Positions 21,733 to 33,700 of a stretch of DNA of 64,000 nucleotides are shown piece after piece (within the stretch, counting starts at the first letter, position 1; each line of letters opens with the position of its first letter). Position numbers and translations under genes: made by a program. Source of the DNA: Lingula anatina. Lineage: Eukaryota > Animalia > Brachiopoda. Location of the stretch: NCBI GenBank assembly GCA_051362555.1, contig CM120643.1:11568644-11632643 (forward strand), read 5' to 3'. The notes under the pieces are model-generated. The model searched no databases. It was not told where the DNA came from and saw only the letters and a list, made by a program, of their open reading frames with translations.

Positions 21733-21926
21733 CAGCACTGGTGTGGATTTTGTTGTTTCCCATCTTGCTTGGTCATTACTTTTTGTTCAGCTTAAGTTAA
21801 AAAAAAAATCCAAACTTTGGCTGATATTCTGGGTGTCAAAGATGATACTTTTTATTTTAGTCTCATTCCATTTTTCAGAAAATACTTTAAAAATTTTCTT
21901 TTAGCAGCATCCCAAAAGCAAAAAAG

Positions 21927-22232
21927 AACATTCAGGGTATCACCAAACCAGCCATCCATTATTTGGCTCGCCATGGTGGTGTCAAGCATATGCTGTAAGC
22001 GTATCTCTGGACTTAACTGTGAAGAGACCCGTGGTGTCCTGAAGGTGTTCCGCAAGAATGTCATCCGGACTCCATCACCCACACTGAGAATACCAAGAAG
22101 ACTGTCACTGCCTATGGTGTATTCTATGCTTTGAAATGACAAGGCCATACTCTGTATAAATTTGTCAGTTAGGCAGATCTATCTCATTAGAAACATAAGG
22201 TCCCTTTAGGATGACAAAACGTAAAAGAAAAG
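21927..22232 (+). pseudogene. H4: Histone H4 pseudogene (5'-truncated, frameshifted) with degenerate 3' stem-loop and downstream purine element
   Basis: NIQGITKPAIHYLARHGGVK/KRISGLNCEETRGVLKVFRKNVIR/DSITHTENTK/KTVTAYGVFYALK*QGHTLYKFVS* (stop 22172). GGTCCCTTTAGGATG at 22199-22213; AAAAGAAAAG at 22223-22232. Confidence 0.92.
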
Positions 22233-22259
22233 CTCTGCTGATACGAGCTTTGCAATAGA

Positions 22260-22308
<49 letters not shown>

Positions 22309-24912
22309 AGTAAAAATCCAAAGAACTGTCATAGAAAACAATGGAATATCTTGTAGACAAATACATACATATATACACAGCTAATCTTATGAAGTATCCT
22401 GTAAACAAGTTAACTTAGTATATATTGTGTAGTCAGTTGTACTAGTACCCTTTGGTTATCCTTTACCTCAGTGCATGCAGTCATTTTTGTTAAATTATTC
22501 AATTAGTGATAAATTTATCCTGTTGAGGACAAAATGTAAGACATGCTTTTTTAATCACCTTTTTAAATATCCCAGGATCAAGGGTTGGTCAGTCCAGGAT
22601 TAATAACTTTTACCCACATGAAATTTGTTAAATATGCATTTTTTTGGTGGGAAATTCTTTTGATGTTTTTTAGTACCTTTATCTGACTTTCATGTAAATT
22701 ATGACCAATTTGAATCTTCTCATGTCTAAGAAATTTTGTGGCTCCATAGTGTATCTGCATGGTTCCATGTACTGAACATCAGATGGGCAGGGATTGTTTC
22801 TTTTTATATTAATGAACTATTTTCTGTTGATATATGTATTGGTACATAGTTTTGCAGGCCAACCTGCAATAAATTGTTCACATTTACTAGGTTGTCATCA
22901 AACTTTGAGGTCTGTAAGCATTTTTTTATTTAAAAACCTAAATTTGATCTTCATGAAAATTAATTTTATAATTTTCACTCCAATTCATTTACTTATACAA
23001 CTTCAACCTTTTTGTAATAAACTGATTATCATTAGAATTATTACTGTTAACCCTTTCCTGGTCAGAAGGCCTGAAAAGGCCCATGTATATCAAGTTTATT
23101 TTAAATCTATCTGTTTGCATATTTTTGAACAATCATCTTGAAATTTGGCAATTAAATGCAGGACAGTAATATCAAACAATATTTAAGTTAAAATTACTGG
23201 GTCCTTGCAGCTTTTTTAAAGCAAAACAATGTTTATTTGCCTTTTTGTTTTTCAAGTTATATTGATATTTTTTTCATTAGAGATAATTATTTGTAATTAT
23301 TAATTATTATCTCTGAATATCATTGGAACTCTATGAACATTTAAGTCAGAGGAGATAATTAAGAAAAAGAGAAATAATATAAAGTTGAGAAATACACTAG
23401 TGGTGTGACAACTAATAAGTGTTGTTTTAAGAACCTTTTGAGTACACTTGCATTTTTCTATCAACAGTGAAAATTTCAAGCCAATACAATGAAAAATACG
23501 GATGCTGTGACATTTTTAGTAAAACAGTGTTTTACCGCAGAATTAGTAGAATTCCACCAGAGATAAAGATAAAATGGAGATAAATGTTTATTTATCCGAT
23601 AATATATATAATATCAATAAAAAAATGTTCTGTACAAGCATTGTATAAAAAGAAAGACAATAAAAGCTGTATGAATAAAAAGTTTAAGACTTTGTATTAA
23701 AAAAGATACAGCTAAAGGATAAAAGCTATATGAAAAGCTTTTGATACCCTTAAAAAATAAGTCTGGGTTTGCTGGGTAAAAAATTTAAAAAGATGTGAGC
23801 GGGATGAAATTTAAATCTTGATGAAAATAATTTGGAACTTTCCTGTAAAATACAACAACATTGGGCATTTTCAGTTATAGAGAACGGTCCCTCTAAGATC
23901 CTTTTTATGTCCTTTCACAACAGTGGGAGCAAGGGCAGATTTAATTAATTTCAATATCCAATTTCTTGTATCAAGTACAATTTCTTGCAATTTCGTGGGG
24001 TTACAGGTTGGATCCAGGATTATTTGAAGTGGGTGTCCATGGATGCGAAGCCGACTCCCTCCTCCCCCCCCCCCCCAACCCACACACACTTGGCGTGGGG
24101 TATGGGGCCCTTTACTGGGCCCTGAAAATTTTTGGTATTTAAGAGGGCAAACAGTGGCTTTTGGTATGGTTTAGAACTATGATTCAGCTAGTCAAATTTC
24201 CAATTTCTTGAGGGAACCATTGGTGTGATTTTTTTTCTGAAATCGAAGGGGGGGGGGGGGGGGTTCAGGACCCCACTGACACCCCCTAAATCTGCCACTG
24301 ACATATAAATACAAATTATGCTCATTTATTTTGCTGAAGGGTTGTTTTATAGGTATAAAAGTGACAAAAAATTTAAATCATTGTGAAATATAGCAATTAC
24401 AATAGGTCAAGGTTCACCCAGATTTGAGGCACTTTTGGGAAGAAAGTTATTTAATTAAGAGAATGGAAAAAGAATTTTTGTGGGATTATTTCTAATAACT
24501 TGATTTATATCTAAGCAGGGGCAGATCCAGGATTATTTGAAGGGGAGGGGGGTCAGCGGATTATTAATGTTTAGCACTTTGTGTACTGAGTATGTACTTG
24601 ATCACAGACAAATGCTAGTATGTGTCAAAATTATCCTGAAAAAAGGCCATAACCTATGTTTAGAATTTTATTTTAATGCTTTATAATATTTAAATTATTT
24701 TTAGAAATATTTTTAACATAAATTTCAAACCAAATTCACACAGCTGTGGCACTGCCACAATCTATGTTTTATGGGACCTTAGGACTGGAGGGTCCATACA
24801 TTTAAGTATTAATATCATTTAAACCTTAATTTATTCCTGTAATATTTTAATTGAAATGCATGTGAGTTTACATTAGTAATTTAGTAGGTCTATTATAATT
24901 CCAATGATCTTT

Positions 24913-25015
<103 letters not shown>

Positions 25016-25159
25016 CTAAGCAGAACTTTGAATAAAAAAGACACCTCCGAATTAGAATTGCTTTAAAGTGAAAGGAGACTCAAGGAAAGGCTTTGCTTGC
25101 TTGGTTTTGCAATGTTGCTCTTATCTTGAAGGACTTTCACATTGAGGCACCATGCGGTA

Positions 25160-25300
25160 AAATTCAAATCGAGGCTAAATCTCAAACTGATTCTCATTGG
25201 ACCATTTTTGCGTGGCTCAAAGAGTCGTGTTTTTTGATTGGTTACCTTGCTGGACATTTAATTTTAAACTATTCGAAATTAGGTTTCAAAACACAAGTTC
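25160..25300 (+). promoter_or_regulatory. UBE2C promoter with inverted CCAAT boxes and clustered CHR elements
   Basis: ATTGG at 25196 and 25237; TTTAAA 25263, TTCGAA 25272, TTCAAA 25285 (reverse TTTGAA), just upstream of the ATG. Confidence 0.6.
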
Positions 25301-25328
25301 GACTTCTGACTCTGTTCCTTTGCAAAAT

Positions 25329-28300
25329 ATGTCTACCCAAAACATAGATCCAGCTGCCAGCGGAGCAAGGAACAAAGATATGTCAGATAAAGGGAATAAG
25401 CCAAAAGACACGCATTCTGTTAGTAAAAGGTAAGATTAATGCGTGCCGTACTCTGTAGTAATATGATAATATGATGAACAAAACCTTTTATTGAATCATT
25501 TTCTTCATTCTTGCAATACATTATCCTTGTATTTTACATTTTTACGGTGGTTTACGTTTATGTTTCAACTTTTAATATCCCTATTGATTTTCACACTAAG
25601 CACAATTGTAAATATAAAAGTTTATGTATACTCGAGTTGCCAAACTGAATATAAAGAAATTTGTTATTTTTGTACTACAGATTGCAGCAAGAGCTGATGT
25701 CGCTTATGGTAAGTCCTGGGCTTGAAGAGTTAAATGCAAACACAGGGAATTTTGAAATTTTAAGCATAAAGTTAAGTGTGATTGATCAAATCAATATATA
25801 ATATTTCACAGGCTGCATTGCACAGTGTTAAATAACCATACAGCATATGAAGTTCATGCACTTAGGCAAAACATGTATTTAAAACTTACACTTAGTCTCT
25901 TTAAGTCTATTCATGACATTATGGAAAACCTGTGTTGTATGTGTTAAGCCTCTTGCAGGTTTGAAGCCTGTGTGACAGCTTCTGATATTTGCTTAAATTC
26001 ATACACACCCCCTCGCATCTGTAATTTCTCATCATTTTAGGAAAGTTTGAACTATTGCACTAATCTCTAATGGTCAGTAGCATGAGTCCATTGATAACAC
26101 CACAGTATACTATTTGAAACTATGGTGGTATTTTGTTGGTTTTAGTGGCATTGGTACAGCATAAGTATACTTGCTTGTGTGGGTTTCCCCAGAATTTGGG
26201 GTAGAGGGTATCCAAAATGTGAATCTGTAATTTGGTCTTAAATGTTCAGACAGTCCATCTAAGTAAGGCAAACTAAACAACCCAAAATTTTTGTAAGCCG
26301 TCCAGCCCTCTTTGAAAATATAGGTATGTAGGCAGTCATTTGAGGCTAAAGGCTGTGCAAATGACAGCTGGTTATGGCTCTCTGGGAAAGACCTGCTTGC
26401 TTCATATGTGCCTTTAACTCTTTCCATTGGTTGTTCCAGATGTCTGGTGAGACGGGAGTATCTGCCTTTCCTGATGGTGATAATCTGTTCAAATGGGTTG
26501 GAACTCTACAGGGAGCAGAGGGGACTGTAAGTACAATGATTAAAAAAAAAAGTTAAGCTGTCCAGCCATCTTTGAAAATATAGGCCGTCTTTGGAGGCCA
26601 TTGGCCATCCAAATGACGGTTGGACAGATGTTGGGAAAAGCCTTTTTTGTAAGACACATTTTATCTCTTGGTGAAAAAATAAAGTGAGCTTAAGTAATTA
26701 TATTCTCCACCAAGAACGTTATGATTTTGCTTTTGTATGTTGGTTTTATAGTTTGCCCGAATCATGTAGGGATTTTAATAGCATATTCACTGTAGACTAA
26801 CTTAGATCCAACTTTATTAGGATAGTGACTCACTGATCTATTGATAATTGAATAGCAGTTAGAATTGAGCAGCTTTGGTGGAGGTCTGCATGCCTTGTTA
26901 GTTTAAGGGACCATTCCCTCAGATATTTGGATCGATCGATCTCCCTAGAGAGTCTCACGAAATTGCTATCAGCTTAACTGGCTAAAATGTTTGTCACATC
27001 TAGTAAAGCTGTCAGGGGTTAATTATCTTTACCCCCTAGCTGATTCGATAGGTGACCGTGTTACAGACATTTAAACTGTTTAGTTAATAGCAATTTAGTG
27101 AGACTCCCCAGGGAGTTAGACCAATCCAGATGGGTCGATCTAGGCATAGGAATCCTGTCTAAGATGTGTATCTGTTCACCTCCCAGGTGTATGAAGGTCT
27201 GAAGTACAAGTTAACACTGGACTTTCCAAGCTCCTACCCCTACACTGCTCCAGTGGTGAAGTTTGACACACCCATCTTTCATCCCAATGTGGACACCAAC
27301 GGCAACATTTGCCTGGATATCTTGAAGGAGGAGTGGTCAGCTCTCTACACTGTGAAGACAATATTGATTTCAATTCGCAGTTTGCTTGGAGGTAAGAATC
27401 ATGAACATTATGGTTTTACTCATTATCACATGTGCATGTGGGTTAGTGCATACACACATCACAAAGCATAGAATGGGATTTTGAATATGTTTCATTTATG
27501 TTTTATAAAACTATTGTGTCTGACATTGTGTTTTTGATTGTGATTTTTTAGAAGCTTGCTTTTAAAATATGTTTCTGTTCATTTATAGAATGCTTTTATA
27601 AATGGGGTTGTTTTGAACTTTATCAAAATAAAACCTAAACAAAACACTAAGGGCAAAAGTGGTACTTTCAAGTTTGAAGAACAAAACAACATGTATTATG
27701 ATGTGTTTTGCTAGTGCTGTTTTCAAACTTTTGGATTTCATTCTTAATAGCTGTTTCTAGGTGGAACTGAATCATTTTTGTTTAGTGGTAGATGAAAAGA
27801 TAGCTTGATCAATTATTAATTTCAGCTTGAGTATATAGTAAAAAAAATTATAATTTTAAATAAAGATGTGCTCAAGTAAACAAACTCATATTGCCACTTG
27901 TGTTAGTGACTGTAATTTCCCTAGCCAAGATGAACATACAGTAATGCTCTGTATCCTCTCCAGGGAGGTGAGAATGCCTACACCCAGTCTGAATGAGGGA
28001 AAAATATGCCAGGCATATTTCTGTATTGTTGACTATTTAAAACCATGCTAAGATGCAGTGGAGTGGTATATGAGAACCAGACTTTACTATTTATTGTACA
28101 GTACTTTTACTTTTCAATTACTGCATGTGTGGCAAACATTGCCCATAGGCTTGCTATTCCAAAAATAAATTTTTCCATCAATCTGAAGTCTTATGCCAGA
28201 GTGTTGCTCCCGTGTACATCTTGTCATAGGGCACAAACACAAAACATGTTCCACTGTTTCAACTACATACTGATAGCTGTAGTTCCTCAGGTGAACCAAG

Positions 28301-29091
28301 GGTGCCATGCCAAGTGCAAGAAATATCTTGTAAATTCCTTCACATTCTGAACACTACTTCTGCTTTGAGTCAGTGAATTCTTATACCCTGGCAGACATGC
28401 TGAAAACTTTCCAGAACGGCCGGACATTTGGACCGGCAGTAATGAAAAATTTGCCGGACCAAATGGATTTTTGTTGGACCGAAAATCACCCTATTCGTTT
28501 GAGACAGATACTACCAGTACGATTAGGTAGCTTACTTTGTTTGTGGATGTGATAGGTTTGGAATGGATGGGAAAAACGTTTTGGGGTTTATATAATTTTA
28601 TTAGTGAAGTATGTCGAATGATGAATGTAAATTCAAAATTGTGGTTCTTAAAACTCTTGTCGGTCCTTTGGACTGACCAAGTCCAATTTTTTTACTGGTC
28701 CAGACAAATTTTCCCGGTCATGACCGATCAGACGGACAGTTTCAGCATGTCTGCCCTGGGGTCCCCAAGAGCCAGTGGGGGTTAAAGTTTTTGGCAGTCA
28801 CTCTACTTGATGATGTCCTACCTTCAAACACACTGTCTGACAGTGACAATGAAAATTACCACAATTTTTTAAGCTGAAGTAAAAACAAACAAAAAGGTCC
28901 ATGGGTTTCATATCTAGTTAAAAACCTTTATTTCCCTGCAGATAAATGTTTTCCTTTTGTTGTTTTCAGAGCCAAATAACAATAGTCCACTGAACACACA
29001 TGCTGCTGAACTGTGGGAAAACCAAGTGGCATACAAAAAGCTTCTCCTAGAAAAATACAAGAAGGACGTAACAGACAAAGAGTCATCTTGA
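25329..29091 (+). CDS. UBE2C: Ubiquitin-conjugating enzyme E2 C (UbcH10), 180 aa; join(25329..25429,25681..25708,26440..26526,27187..27391,28970..29091)
   Basis: All introns GT-AG and phase-consistent (543 nt). N-terminal QNIDP extension, [53 protein letters not shown] active site, [16 protein letters not shown]. Confidence 0.96.
26700..26903 (+). mobile_element. Possible Helentron-type non-autonomous element
   Basis: Subterminal inverted repeat ctccaccaa..ttggtggag followed by a short tail ending tagttt. Confidence 0.4.
28392..28753. mobile_element. hAT-like MITE in UBE2C intron 4
   Basis: TIR CAGACATGCTGAAA..TTTCAGCATGTCTG, 6-bp TSD ccctgg. Second copy at 32529-32890. Confidence 0.88.
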
Positions 29092-29775
29092 GTTAAAGAC
29101 TATTTATTTGTCACAGGAGGACAACATAACTGCAAGGATAGTAATATACAACAAATGTATTTTTATACACAATATAGTGTCTTGGACATTTTTCTTTTCT
29201 TTATGAAGCCCTTAGGTGTGCTACTTTTGCCAAAGGAACAATGATATGATATGGAAATGAAAGTGCAATTGATGTCATAAAGGGGGGTGATGAACACTTT
29301 TAAGTTAAAATAGTTAAAACTATGTTCATAAGTGGCAGAAGTTCAACTTGGTAAAATGGCAGGGGGGTAAATTATTTGTTTGAAAATGAAAATGAATTAA
29401 CATAATAACTAATTGATAAAAAAAAAAGAGACAGCCTTCGGTGAACAAAGTTTAGTAGAGAGCAGGGTAAAACTGGTGTTGACACTACAGTAATATACAC
29501 CCAGAATACTAAATATTTATTGTGTAGATTTTGTGTGCATTAATAATATAAAGATGTGCTCAAACAAGTGTTCTATCAAAAAGGAAGAGGGGGGGGTTGC
29601 AAAGTTTAAAATATAAAGATGAAGTTTAGGCCATTCTCTATAATGTAAAAAAATTGAATGACAGTGATGTTTAATGGAACTGGATGTCTGTGACATTGGC
29701 TGTAGAGTTCCGTCTGCTGTGAGAGCATTATTAGCATTATTTCTTTCTATATGGTTTCATGGAATTCCCTTTCCA

Positions 29776-29781
29776 AATAAA
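29776..29781 (+). terminator. Likely UBE2C polyadenylation signal
   Basis: AATAAA followed ~15-30 nt later by a GU/U-rich tract. Confidence 0.5.
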
Positions 29782-30629
29782 GATATCTTTTCCATGTTTT
29801 GTTTTTCTGCTTATTAATTATCATTATTTTTCAAGTTTTTTTTTTTTGATGATACTGTCAAAAAATGGTGTTTAACTTTGTAAATGCGATCTGGTTTTTA
29901 TGACCCCATTTAGATAGATAAAAATATGCACTCTGCATTCTTCGTTTGCTTATTACCGAAACCAAGGGATATGTAGGGAGTTAAATGGAGTATGCCCAGG
30001 CAGCAGGAGACGAACACTGACGATCCAGATCAACTTCTGGTTTTCAGAGTTAATTGTTGTTGAAATTTCTGATAAGAAATGACATGGGAAATCATAACTT
30101 CACTTGTAATAAATCATTAATTTGGGACATTTTTGTCCTGACCAATCTAATTTTTGGTATTTTTTTTTTGTCTATAATCAGATGTCTATATGCAGCTAAG
30201 CCAATGTTTCTTATAACTGCTGACAGGAGATTTATATATACAAGTCTTTATGTTGCGAACAAGTTTTTTAATTATGTCAAAAGGAAAAGGTCTGTCTTTA
30301 TACTATTCTAAATATGTTAAAACGTGGTGTGGACAAACAAACTTATATCAACTATGCCAATATTTAAAATCCTCTTAAACGTTTTAATAACGTTTACACG
30401 TTAAATTCGGGTAAAGGCTTTGCAATATCCAAACTGACATTATCAAGAAATCCACAATCTTAGTTGTTGACAACCCCGCCCTAAATCGTATTTCTTAGAG
30501 GCTTGCTGAACTTTGGGTGCTACGATCATTTCTAGCAACTTAAATTGCCGCGTATAGTTTGTCTTGATTTTTGGAGTTTTATTTTGAAGACAAGCGCGCC
30601 ATCTGCCGGCATATCTTATCATCTGTGGG

Positions 30630-30686
30630 ATGGCGGAAGAAGGAGGAGAAAGCGTGGTCGACGACGACCCAGTCACACTGCGTTAA
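30630..30686 (+). other. Upstream ORF MAEEGGESVVDDDPVTLR*, in frame with the SLC9A ATG
   Basis: GGGATGG context, 90 nt upstream of 30720. A second mini-uORF lies at 30691-30705. Confidence 0.55.
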
Positions 30687-30719
30687 GAACATGTGGAACA
30701 CTTAACGGGCACATTTATC

Positions 30720-33700
30720 ATGGGAAAGTACGGTCCTATCGGAACGGTCCTCTTGGTGGGGATCCAAGTTGGATTTATCTTTTGTTATGAAATGACAGTA
30801 CACAATGGTTTAGAAGACGAAGATCATATTGTTAACGTTGACGGCAATGAAAGCCATGCCAACCACACGCAGCATGAAGAACACAGTTCGTATCATGTCG
30901 TTGTATGGGACTTTGCACGTGTGGCGTCTCCTTTTGTTATATCGGCATGGATTTTACTGGCGAGTGTGGCGAAAATAGGTAAGTTTTTTTCTCCAGATTT
31001 TTTGACAGCTGTTGTGTTTTGTTTTTATTTTTACGTACGTTCGTTGTACATAATGGTTTTTCACATTCTGGTAACCATTTTCAAACTGCCATGGTTTCAC
31101 CAGTTCGCAAGACAAGGTTTGGACCTTGTTCTCTTAGAATTAGACAGGATGAATATTTGAGGTATCCTTCCCCCTCTAATACGCGACGGCAACGACTTTG
31201 GACCAATCAATACTCAATATAGGCGCTTTTAACACTGGCCAGTCACGTGGACGTTTGATCGAACAGCTGAGTGATATTGACATTTCTTTTCTGGTGTTTT
31301 ACAATACACCAAAGAGCCGCGCTTACATGAACTATTGCCACAATACTCCTCGGTTCAAGTAACTTGATGTATCAATTTATGTGCATTCAGTGTATGCAAC
31401 AGCAACAAAGCTGTGTAAGTTACTATGTAAGAAATCCATTCAAGTTCACTCGAGAATTTTTGTCTTTGCAGACTTGTGACGTTGTTTGCAGGGAAAATGC
31501 CTAGGGTAAAATGATAAATGTTCCGCCTCATTTTTTTCACCCAGTTTCAATTAAAGGTCTGAAAGGTTCGCGGTGAGGTTTTATCATGTCTATTGCCCCC
31601 ATGTTGGCCATTAGGGTAACTGCTACAGAAATAAGAAAACATTTTTTTCTGAATGCCCAAAGCATTTTTGCTGTCTTAATTGAATGAAATGTGTCTATGC
31701 AAAAAGTTAAACACAATTTATTTTGTATCCCATGTTTTTTCACAATGCCAGTGTCATCCCTGAAATATGTAGCACAGGCCTATTTCAGGCTAATACGTTT
31801 CCAGGCTGTCTAGACCTTAATTCAAGAAGATTTTGTCTTAGAAAAGCAGAAATAGAAGCACACAAGTCCTTAAACTGGTATATCACTCTTACATCTGTGC
31901 ATAATAGCATTAGGCTACCATTACTCTGCCATTACACCAAGAGAAAGATACCGCCGCCTGATAGAATAAACTGCAGCGTTTTCTCTTATCTCTTGTATTT
32001 TAACACTCAAAGTTGCCCGCCTATTTTTCTTTGAAATAAGATGGTAGCATATTACAAACAGATCTATATAACAATGTATATAGTCAGTTGTATTAATCTG
32101 ACATTCCATATATTCCAGGATAATAAGGCCTTTCTCTCCATTACTTAAAATTGTGCAATTCATCAAAATTTGGAAATATTTACATCCTTGGATTTGCGCT
32201 GAGTGAAATTAAATCCTGTTTGATTTTCTTGTGAAGGATGTGATATTGGCATAAATAAAGATTCCGAGAAAAACAACTTTTCAATTTTTTATCAACTCAG
32301 GTAGGCAATGTTATTTTTGCTGCGTCACACAGGAAGGAGGGGGAGCAGGAAGATGGCAGTTGACAGGGGGGCATGTGAGGGACCGTTTACAATGAATTTT
32401 GCTGACCTAGCTGAGGTACATTAACTCTACGAGGATTCATGCTGAATGCAATGAGATCATTAACAGACTGGCTTGCTTCCTCTTGTCTTTAATGTACTCC
32501 TATGCTGGCTTTTCTATTTTCTTCACAACAGACATGCTGAAAACTATTTAGAATGGTCGGACATTTGGACCGACAGTAATGAAAAAATTGCTGGATTGAA
32601 TGAAATTTTGTCGGACCAAAAATCACCCTATTCGTTTGAGACAGATACTACCAGCATTATTATGGTAGCTTACTTTGTTTGTGAATGTGATTGGTTTGAA
32701 ATGGAAGGGAAAAACGCTTTGGGTCTTATATAATTTTATTAGTGAAGTATGTCGATTGATGACTGTAAATCCAAAATTGCGGCTCTTCAAACTCTTGTTG
32801 GTCCTTTGGACCAACCAAGTCCAATTTTTTACCGGTCCAGACAAATTTTGTCGGTCATGACCGATCGGACCGACAGTTTAAGCATGTCTGCTCAATGCCA
32901 GGAAGAGGCATCCTGGTTTGGTGTTTAAGCATTAAGTGAATTCCTGATATCAAATTATGTCAGAGCCACATTTCTTGATAATAGAAAGACCATAGATGAT
33001 TTGTCAGAATATGATTTTTGACTTAAAATATGTTATAGGTCCGTTAGTCTGTTAATTTGATTGGATTCAGCAAGAGTCCTGGGTGGAGTTAGTGTGCATT
33101 AGCTGGGCCGACAAAATTCACTGGGAAAGGTCCATCCAAATAAGAACTGAGACACCACTTCCTGTTACGAAAAGGGACATCAGTGAAAATTTATATTCAG
33201 GATGACTCAAAGTTACACCTTATTAAGTCCGTAAAAAAAGAAATACACCCGGAAAAATCAGGGGCAGATTGAGGCCATCGGAAGATGGTCAAAAATGGAG
33301 GATGGATCAACAAAGACGATTAGGAAGACTGTCAATAAATATATCTGGATCCGCCCCTGAAAAGAATAATAATTCATTATCATCTTGTTTGCTTCTGTAC
33401 ACTTTAAAAAATGCCTTATATATCTACCATTTACACTGTGTGTGTGTATGTGTGTATATATGTGAGTGTGCTTGGGTGTGGGCATCCACCAGAACAAAGT
33501 GATTTAGGAATATAACTCATTGACAAGTTGTTGAAAAATCTTATTATATATACAAAGGGATGATTTCAGATATTTATACCTTCATTAATGAACTCCATTC
33601 AAAAACACACATTTTCTTACAATAAAGTCTGATGTAATGCTAGAGCTATCTTTTTCAGCTATTTCACAGTCTTATCAGTAATAGTATTGTTGTTGAAAAA

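Noticed and set aside
22172-22179. GGCAGATC after the H4 stop equals the first 8 nt of the LINE target repeat
   Set aside because: An 8-mer match is expected by chance in a window of this size.
23065-23082. Minus-strand GGGCCT-TTTC-AGGCCT histone-stem-loop-like hairpin
   Set aside because: No histone CDS or LINE context; it sits in a probable transposon terminus. It also shows such hairpins can occur independently.
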